Made by a program: the position numbers and the translations under genes. Positions 1 to 6,099 of a stretch of DNA of 11,295 nucleotides are shown one piece after another. The notes below the pieces were generated by a model. It saw only the letters and a list, made by a program, of their open reading frames with translations, did not search any database and was not told the origin of the DNA. Position 1 is the stretch's first letter, and every line of letters begins with the position of its first letter. Source of the stretch: Prasinococcaceae sp. CCMP 1430 (taxonomy: Eukaryota > Plantae > Prasinodermophyta); assembly GCA_013416795.1 (NCBI GenBank), contig RQSC01000028.1:973869-985163 (forward strand), given 5' to 3'.

Positions 1-87
1 GCCCGCGCGGGGGCGGGGGGGGGGGCTCCCCCTCCCCCCCCTCCCCCCCTCCGGGCGGCGGCGGCGGTCGAGCGCGCGCGCACTCAC

Positions 88-651
88 CGTGAAGCCCTCC
101 TCGGCCGTGAGCGTGGTGTGGATCACCTCGCAGTTGAGGGGGTCGTAGCCGCGCGTGACGGCGTTGATGACGCCCCAGTGGCACACGAGCGCGATGTGCT
201 CCTCGGGCCGCGCCAGCAGCCACAGGCCCAGCCGCCGCATGCGCTCCTCGAACTCGCCGTCCGTCTCGGGCTCGAGCGGCCACCAGGGCTCGCGCCCCTC
301 CAGGTGGCCCACGTCCCACGAGCCGCACGGGAAGAGCTCGCGCAGCTCCTCGGCCGCCGAGCCCGTGTCGCTCGCGTGCCAGTGGCGCTCGGTGGCGAGC
401 GGCTCCACGCGCCGCCGCACGTCGGGGAGCGCGCCGTACGCGAGGTGCGCGGTGAGCAGCGCGCGCCGCAGCGGGCTGGCGACGATGAGCTCGGGCTGCG
501 GCTCGCGCGTGGCCAGCACGTCGGCCAGCGCGGCCGCCTGCGCCTCGCCGGCGGGCGTGAGCCTCGTGTCGCGGAGGCCCGGGTCGACGAAGGGGAGCTC
601 TCGGTCCGCCGCCGCGGCGCTGTTGCGCTCGTGGAAGTCCTGCAGGTACAG
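88..651 (-). CDS. Internal exon of a histidine phosphatase (phosphoglycerate mutase-like) family protein; RHG-containing exon not visible
   Basis: Manual translation (frame absent from the ORF track): LYLQDFHERN...FVDPGLRDTRLTPAGEAQA...ELIVASPLRRALLTA...EPLATERHWHASDTG...FEERMRRLGLWLLARPEEHIALVCHWGVINA...EEGFT. It has the family's DxxLT, SPLxRA and VxHxGxI motifs and near-100% GC3. Acceptor CAG at 654-652 (alternative 642-640); donor GTGAGT begins at 87. Confidence 0.85.
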
Positions 652-957
652 CTGCCGCCGTCGTCGTCGCGCATTCGAGGCGTTCCGTTCGGTTGGTGGC
701 GTCGTGTCGCGGGTGCGTCGGTGTTTTTGTGTGGGTGTGGGGGTGTGTGGGGGTGGGTGTGTTTGTGCGTGTGCGTGTGTGTCCGTGTGCGTGCGTGTGT
801 GTGTATGTGTGCGTGTGTGAGGATGCATGGGTGAGTCCTGATATGTTCACGCTTCGAGTGGGTATGCTCTCCCTCTCACACACACACGCGCGCACGCACA
901 CGCACACGCGAGCACACGCGAGCACGCGCGCGCGCGCACGCGCAGGCGCTCTCTCAC
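652..957 (-). other. Intron-like segment: GT/GC-repeat 5' half, CA-repeat 3' half
   Basis: On the minus strand it starts GTGAGA (957) and ends CGGCAG (652). Imperfect (GT)n at 721-820 and (CA)/(CG)n at 876-940 on the plus strand. Confidence 0.7.
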
Positions 958-1110
958 CTGTCGAAGAGGTACTCGAAGCAGACGGGGCAGTTGGAGTGCA
1001 TGGAGCGCTCCACGCACTTGTGGTTGTCGCGCAGCTCCACGCTGTAGCAGCAGCCGCACTTGTCGCAGTGGAAGTACTGGTCGGCGCCGCCCACGCGGCA
1101 GATGCCGCAC
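958..1110 (-). CDS. RCHY1: Single 153-bp internal exon of a CHY/CTCHY/RING zinc-finger E3 ligase (RCHY1/Pirh2, plant CHYR-like)
   Basis: [50 protein letters not shown](S) matches the CTCHY-to-RING junction of this family. Acceptor CGCAG at 1115-1111, donor GTGAGA at 957; phase 2 on both sides. Confidence 0.88.
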
Positions 1111-1126
1111 CTGCGCCGCGCGAGAA

Positions 1127-1174
1127 TGTGTGTGTGTGTGTGTGCGTGCGTGAGAGAGAGAGTGAGAGAGAGTG
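1127..1174. repeat. Compound (TG)n/(GA)n microsatellite at the 3' end of the intron preceding the CHY exon
   Basis: tgtgtgtgtgtgtgtgtgcgtgcgtgagagagagagtgagagagagtg read directly. Confidence 0.9.
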
Positions 1175-1657
1175 TCAGCAAGCGTGCACGCTGCTGCTTT
1201 GGCGTACGCTCCGAGACCAATCCANGGGGGGAGCCGGCTGGGCAGGCGGGCCAGGCGGCTGCTGCCAGTGTGCCGCACCCCCCCCGCGCTCTGGCCGGTC
1301 GCGCGCACGGCCAGAGCGCCCTGACTGTTCGTGTCCTTCGATAGATTGATGCGGGCGAGAACTCCTCGCAGCCGAAGCGGAGCGGCCACAGGCGCGCGCG
1401 CGTGCAGCGGTGGCGGAGTTCGGCGCTGCGCGATGCTCTCCCCGAAACCTGCGCGCCGCGCAACCAAGTCAATATATTTTTCGCTCCCCGCGCGCCCCCG
1501 CGCCCCCGCGCCGCGCGCGCGGTGCCGCCGAACCAGGTTCCGAATTGGGTTCCGTTTCGCGGTGGGATCTCGGCGCCAACGGGGGTGGATTCCAGTAGAC
1601 TAGAGACGAGTCTGGGGTGCGCCGCGCGGCGCCGGCGGCCCGCGGCGGGCGCGGCGT

Positions 1658-2133
1658 NNNNNNNNNNNNNNNNNNNNNNNNNNNNNNNNNNNNNNNNNNN
1701 NNNNNNNNNNNNNNNNNNNNNNNNNNNNNNNNNNNNNNNNNNNNNNNNNNNNNNNNNNNNNNNNNNNNNNNNNNNNNNNNNNNNNNNNNNNNNNNNNNNN
1801 NNNNNNNNNNNNNNNNNNNNNNNNNNNNNNNNNNNNNNNNNNNNNNNNNNNNNNNNNNNNNNNNNNNNNNNNNNNNNNNNNNNNNNNNNNNNNNNNNNNN
1901 NNNNNNNNNNNNNNNNNNNNNNNNNNNNNNNNNNNNNNNNNNNNNNNNNNNNNNNNNNNNNNNNNNNNNNNNNNNNNNNNNNNNNNNNNNNNNNNNNNNN
2001 NNNNNNNNNNNNNNNNNNNNNNNNNNNNNNNNNNNNNNNNNNNNNNNNNNNNNNNNNNNNNNNNNNNNNNNNNNNNNNNNNNNNNNNNNNNNNNNNNNNN
2101 NNNNNNNNNNNNNNNNNNNNNNNNNNNNNNNNN
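1658..2133. other. Assembly gap (476 N)
   Basis: Run of N. Confidence 1.

Positions 2134-2225
<92 letters not shown>
2134..2225. repeat. 92-nt poly-G abutting the gap, probably a sequencing/assembly artefact
   Basis: Pure G run at a contig end; long terminal poly-G is a known no-signal artefact of two-colour Illumina chemistry. Confidence 0.75.
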
Positions 2226-2517
2226 CGGCTGGAGTTGGGGGGAGTCGCGTGTCGCACGCGCCCGACGCGCGCCATACGCCCTACCACACGTGGCCGCGCG
2301 GGGCGGCGGCGGATGAAGGGAGGGACGGGTGGGGCGGGACGAGGCGCGCGGGAGTCCGGGCCGCTGCTTCACGGCGAGCGAGCAGGAGCGGGGTGGTGGC
2401 GGTGGTGGTATTGCTACTGTACTGCCTGCAGTGTTATTATCATGGTGGCTTTTTTTTTTTTTTGGAGCGCCATGGCGCGAGGGGCGCGGCCGGCCCGGCC
2501 GACCCCCTCCCCTCCGG

Positions 2518-4092
2518 TCAGGCGGCGTCGTAGTGGTGCAGCCTGTAGAGCAGCGCCCTCCCCCTGGCGTTGCCCACGGCGAAGTACGCGCCGCCGGGCG
2601 AGAACGCGCACGAGTGCACGAACTGCAGCGGCGACCTGCTGGTGGGCCAGTTGGAGAAGACCGTGCGCGTGGGCACGTGCACCAGGCGGAGCGCGTCCTT
2701 CTTCATGCGCGACGCGCACGCGAGCACCGAGCCGTCGGCGCTGAACGCCAGCGTGTCCACCGTGGTGGTGAGGTTCATGAAGCTGCGCGCGGGCGCCGGG
2801 CCCGCGGCGCCGCCCGGGCCGTAGGGGTCCTCGTACAGGTTGACCACGCCCGCCTCGCCGCCCGTGGCGTAGTGCGCCCCGTCGGGCGAGGCCGCCAGCG
2901 CCGTCGCGCCGCTGCTGCCCTCGTCCACCGCGCGCCCCAGCACGCGCCGCGTGCGCAGGTCCCACGTGAGCACCGCGCCGTCGCCGCCCGCCGCCATGAG
3001 CCGCTCGCCGTCCGCCGAGAAGCACAGCGAGCGCGCGGTGCCGCTCATGCGCAGGCTGCCCGCCAACGAGCGCGTCCGCAGGTTGAGCAGGTTGACCACG
3101 CCGCCGCTGCCCAGCGTGGCCATGGTCCGCCCGTCGCGCGAGAGCGCGAAGGTCTCCAGCGACCGGTCAGTCACACCAGCCACCGGCCCCACGCGCTCGG
3201 CCGCCGCCGCCTGCATGTCGTACACGTAGAAGAAGGGGCGGCGGCCTGAGCAGACGACGTGGGTCGAGCCCGCGAACGCCGCGCGCGAGATGGGCATGTC
3301 CTCGAAGTGCACGCCCTGCAGCTTGGGGTTGGAGGCGCCGTCGACGCGGAAGAGGCGCAGCGTGCGGTCGAGGGAGGCGGTGAGGAGGAGGGGGGAGGAC
3401 GGGTGGAACTCCACGGAGCGAAGCACGGCGTCGGCAGGGTCGGCCGCGTTGGCGTCGCGCAGGCGCGTGACCTCCAGGCGGGAGGGCGGCAAAGGAGAAG
3501 GCGTTGTGGACGCCGTGGTGCGGGGGCCGGCGGTGGGCTGGTTGGTGTGGGCGGCGGCGGCGGCCCACGCGGTCGCGCCCGGGTGCATGCGCTCGTACTG
3601 CCGCCGGAGCCGGCGCTCGTACTCGTGGGCGGGCAGGGCGGCCTCGCTTTCGCTCTCGCGGAGCTTGCGCGAGCGCGAGGTGGGGGGGAGGGAGACGAGG
3701 GCGGCGGCGGTTTGATGGGGCTGGTCGGGCTGGTCGGCGTCGTCGATCCATGCGGATGCGGATGCGGGCGGGGTGGGGTGCGGTGAGGAGTCGTCGGGGT
3801 TGTTGTTGTTGGGGGAGTCGTCTGGGCCATCGGAGGCGTTGTTGTTGTTGGGGGAGGAGGCGGCAGTTGTTGGTGATGTTGTAAGGGCGGGGCCGGGCGG
3901 GGTGGGGTGGGGCGGGCCGAAGACGAGCGCGGCGAGCTCGTGCTCCTCGGCGGAGGCGGGGTGTGCGGAGGGGTCGACGGTCTTTGCGGTCTTTTGACGC
4001 TTCTTCTTGCGACGAGGGGCGGAGGCGGCGGGTGATGCTGGTGGTGGTGGTGCGGGGGAGGTGGGGGAGGAGGAGGTGTGTCGTCCCACCAT
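2518..4092 (-). CDS. UTP18: U3 snoRNA-associated protein 18 (WD40, SSU processome), intronless, 524 aa from ATG 4092
   Basis: EEHELAALVFG, SAWIDDAD, RKLRESE...EYERRLRRQYERMHP...WA, RLRDAN, SVEFHP, HFEDMPI, SGRRPFFYVYD, KDALRLVHVPTRTVFSNWP and AVGNARGRALLYRLHHY are all characteristic of UTP18. First in-frame ATG at 4092; the ORF track's start at 4293 is a GTG that is really a splice donor. Confidence 0.92.
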   Translation of the reverse strand: MVGRHTSSSPTSPAPPPPASPAASAPRRKKKRQKTAKTVDPSAHPASAEEHELAALVFGPPHPTPPGPALTTSPTTAASSPNNNNASDGPDDSPNNNNPDDSSPHPTPPASASAWIDDADQPDQPHQTAAALVSLPPTSRSRKLRESESEAALPAHEYERRLRRQYERMHPGATAWAAAAAHTNQPTAGPRTTASTTPSPLPPSRLEVTRLRDANAADPADAVLRSVEFHPSSPLLLTASLDRTLRLFRVDGASNPKLQGVHFEDMPISRAAFAGSTHVVCSGRRPFFYVYDMQAAAAERVGPVAGVTDRSLETFALSRDGRTMATLGSGGVVNLLNLRTRSLAGSLRMSGTARSLCFSADGERLMAAGGDGAVLTWDLRTRRVLGRAVDEGSSGATALAASPDGAHYATGGEAGVVNLYEDPYGPGGAAGPAPARSFMNLTTTVDTLAFSADGSVLACASRMKKDALRLVHVPTRTVFSNWPTSRSPLQFVHSCAFSPGGAYFAVGNARGRALLYRLHHYDAA

Positions 4093-4183
4093 CCTCCTGG
4101 GTTGGTTGTGCGGGACGATGGTGTGTGCAGGGATAGACGGGTTGGGCGTACAAGGCGCGTGCGGAGAGGGGTGAGCCACGCTG

Positions 4184-4235
4184 CGCGCAGCGCGCGCAGC
4201 GCAGCGCGCGCAGCGCAGCGCGCGCAGCGCAGCGC
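4184..4235. repeat. Tandem repeat, 14-bp unit CGCGCGCAGCGCAG, three exact copies (4191-4232) plus partials
   Basis: Read directly; lies in the intron-like stretch between the AOX exon and UTP18. Confidence 0.9.
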
Positions 4236-4293
4236 CGAGCGCGGGCGGCGCGCGCGCCGTGTCCGGGCCTCCGCCCTCGCCCGGATCGCTCAC

Positions 4294-4776
4294 CTCTCGT
4301 TTTCTGCCTCCTCGAGCAGAGTATGTATCCAGCCGTTGTCGCGTTGCATCAGGCGTAGCGATCGCAGGTGCCTGAGCATTCCCGCCACCATCCCTGGAAC
4401 TCCAGCGATTGTTTCAAGGAAGATCATGCGCTGCAGCCACTTCGACTCGGTCATGTTGGGGCCATACCCTGTGGCCGTGTCGAACGCGAGCCGTACCGTC
4501 GACACGCCGAGGAGCGCAGCGCGCTGCGCGATCGTTGCAGGTGCCTTGTGTGTAATCTGCACAGACGTCAAATCAGACTGGCTGTAGATGGGCTGAAATA
4601 GCCAGTATGTGTTGCCAGCCTCGCTGCGCTTCAGGCCAGGGTGCAGAGCGGGGGGCTTCTCCTCGTCGGACGCGGACGACTCCGCCTGTGGCGCGCTGTC
4701 GCCTGACTCGCTGGTGCTCCAGTTGTCCTCGATGGGGTTCGCCACTGCAGCGTGCGCGGCGCCGAGGCTCGGCTTG
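4294..4776 (-). CDS. AOX: Alternative oxidase exon (N-terminal half of the di-iron domain); downstream exon(s) not visible
   Basis: YWLFQPIYSQSDLTSVQITHKAP...RLAFDTATGYGPNMTESKWLQRMIFLETIAGVPGMVAGMLRHLRSLRLMQRDNGWIHTLLEEAENE(R) has the AOX LET(I/V)AGVPGMV and EEAENER motifs. Ends AG|GTGAGC (donor 4293, phase 2). The 5' boundary is uncertain: acceptors giving starts at 4776 or 4815, with an n at 4782. Confidence 0.9.
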
Positions 4777-5207
4777 CTGGGNGCGGCGGCTGCGCGCTGC
4801 GCGCGCGCGCGGCGGCTGTGCGCGGCGGCTGCTTCACTTTTTTCTTTTTTTTTGTTTGCGCGCGGTGCGTTTTTTTTTTTCTTGGGGGTTGGTATGGGTC
4901 TGCAGCCAGAGTGCGACTGCCCTGTCGGTCGGTCGGGGGTTGTCGCCTTCCGACTGTGTACAGTACCGCTGTATCTACTGTATTGATTCCGTGCACCCCG
5001 GGGTCCGCGCATCATTATCGGGGTGTTCTCCTGGGGGGTTGTGTATGATTTTTCATTTGGGGCTGCGAACAACCGCCTGTTGTTTGAGCCCGGCCGGAGT
5101 GATAATTTATTTTTGGTTTGGCCTGTCCGCATCGGTCGCCGCCCCGTCCGGGCCGGCGAACGTCTGCGCGGCGCGGCACGGCGGACCTCAAATGATCGAC
5201 TCACAAA

Positions 5208-5239
5208 TATAATCGTCAATTTTGGCGCCGCGCCGACAA
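5208..5239 (+). promoter_or_regulatory. TATA-like (TATAAT 5208-5213) and CAA (5237-5239) elements upstream of the tRNA
   Basis: About -39 to -34 and -10 to -8 from the tRNA 5' end, resembling the TATA/CAA arrangement known upstream of plant nuclear tRNA genes. Confidence 0.45.
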
Positions 5240-5246
5240 CTTCGCC

Positions 5247-5360
5247 GGTGCTTTAGCTCAGTTGGGAGAGCGCAAGACTGAAGCCAATATTAGTCATTTA
5301 TCTAGAGATTAGTTTTAATCTCGTCCAGTGAGGTCCCGAGTTCGATCCTCGGAGGCGCCA
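5247..5360 (+). tRNA. tRNA-Phe (GAA) with two predicted introns (5284-5299 at 37/38; 5304-5328 at 41/42)
   Basis: Acceptor stem GGTGCTT/AGGCGCC plus discriminator A; D-arm GCTC-AGTTGGGA-GAGC; anticodon arm CAAGA-CTGAAG|A-TCT|TG; variable AGGTC; T-arm CCGAG-TTCGATC-CTCGG. Intact A box (5254-5265) and B box (5340-5348). Exons 37+4+32 = 73 nt. Identity as tRNA-Phe is firm; the two-intron model is an inference. Confidence 0.9.
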
Positions 5361-5382
5361 GCAGCAATTGCTCACCGCAAAC

Positions 5383-5391
5383 TTTTTTTTT
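5383..5391 (+). terminator. RNA polymerase III terminator (T9)
   Basis: Run of 9 T starting 23 nt after the tRNA discriminator base. Confidence 0.75.
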
Positions 5392-5428
5392 GCGCGCTGG
5401 CGCGCCTGCGCCAGCACATCACGCTCAC

Positions 5429-5637
5429 TGCAACAGTCGTGGACACGTGAGTACGCTGCCGCCGCCGCTGCCTGCAACGCCGCGCGACGCCGCCGGCGCT
5501 GGCTGCCTCAGCGGCGCACCACACTGCCGCCGCAGCGCTGCCGCCAACGCTGCCTGCGACGCCGCNACCAGCTCCCCCCGAACATTCGCTCCAGCACCCC
5601 CTACGTACGCTCCAGCACCCCCCCCTGCTCCATTCAT
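5429..5637 (-). CDS. Candidate first exon of AOX (possible mitochondrial presequence)
   Basis: The ORF reads ...AALAAALRRQCGAPLRQPAPAASRGVAGSGGGSVLTCPRLL, Ala/Arg-rich and acid-poor. It ends CA|GTGAGC (donor 5428, phase 2), compatible with both phase-2 acceptors of the AOX exon. Start uncertain: n at 5566, and the ATG lies inside the repeat cluster. Confidence 0.35.
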
Positions 5638-5842
5638 TTGATGTAAACTTCGGAAAAAAAAATATTCATCGATTCATTCAAAATTATATAAAGGGTCTAC
5701 ATATATGTTCTAATGTGGATCGCGTTTCACAATCCATTCAAATTGGCCTTCGCCCGAAGGGCGAAGGCCATAAACCTCAAACAATCTAACCCAAAGGGGG
5801 TGCTGAGAGCGGTTTCTTGCAGTGGGGGGTGCTGGAACGAAT
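5584..5842. repeat. 259-bp segment bounded by 18-bp inverted repeats (17/18 match), with inner copies of the same motif and an AT-rich core
   Basis: ATTCGCTCCAGCACCCCC (5584-5601) versus GGGGGTGCTGGAACGAAT (5825-5842). Inner copies CGCTCCAGCACCCCC (5608-5622) and GGGGGTGCTGAGAGCG (5796-5811). Confidence 0.75.
5744..5770. repeat. Perfect 12-bp stem, 3-nt loop hairpin
   Basis: TGGCCTTCGCCC-GAA-GGGCGAAGGCCA. Confidence 0.9.
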
Positions 5843-6002
5843 CTGACCCGTTTGTGACCCCCGCTGCCCGCCCCCCAGTCAGCAGAGCACTCGCCGCGGT
5901 TTCGGATTTGGGGGGATGACGCCAGAACAACGAAAACTGCCATACGATGGTATCGTATCGGAGCCTCTCGAGACGAGAGATTCTTGGCTTCGATCGCCCG
6001 TC

Positions 6003-6093
6003 GTGAGCCGGTCGCCACACGTGCACACCCACCCAGCGGGGCGGGCTCCCCCCCACCCCACCCACACACCCACCCACACACACACCCCTCCAG
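6003..6093 (+). other. Probable 91-bp intron just upstream of the sulfotransferase ATG
   Basis: GTGAGC donor, CA-rich body, CCCTCCAG acceptor. Removal joins ATG 5916 (MTPEQRKLPY...RSPV) in frame to HT-M(6100), so 5916-6002 is either a short coding exon or 5' UTR. Confidence 0.55.
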
Positions 6094-6099
6094 CACACA

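Noticed and set aside
2134-2225. Poly-G as a G-quadruplex or poly-Pro/Gly coding segment
   Set aside because: It abuts the gap and is best explained as a terminal sequencing artefact.
2246-2254. Minus-strand VRHA as the missing phosphatase catalytic motif
   Set aside because: The context (RVRHATPPNS) has the wrong spacing to the Asn and no preceding hydrophobic strand, and it runs into poly-G with no donor site.
2450-4092. UTP18 as a retrocopy inserted into the AOX intron (intronless, A14 about 55 nt after the stop)
   Set aside because: No target-site duplication was found, similar A/T runs are common in this window, and other genes here also have long uninterrupted exons.
4093-4293. N-terminal extension of UTP18 from the GTG at 4293
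   Set aside because: The GTG is the AOX donor GTGAGC, and the extension translates a tandem repeat and CA-rich intron-like sequence.
5300-5335. Single-intron tRNA models or a long variable arm
   Set aside because: They leave a mismatched anticodon stem (TCTAG or TCTCG against CAAGA) and 7-25 extra nt that do not fit a Phe cloverleaf.
5744-5790. Helitron 3' end (hairpin followed by CTAA)
   Set aside because: CTRR is 15 nt away and not followed by T, and no 5' TC terminus or Rep/helicase sequence is evident.
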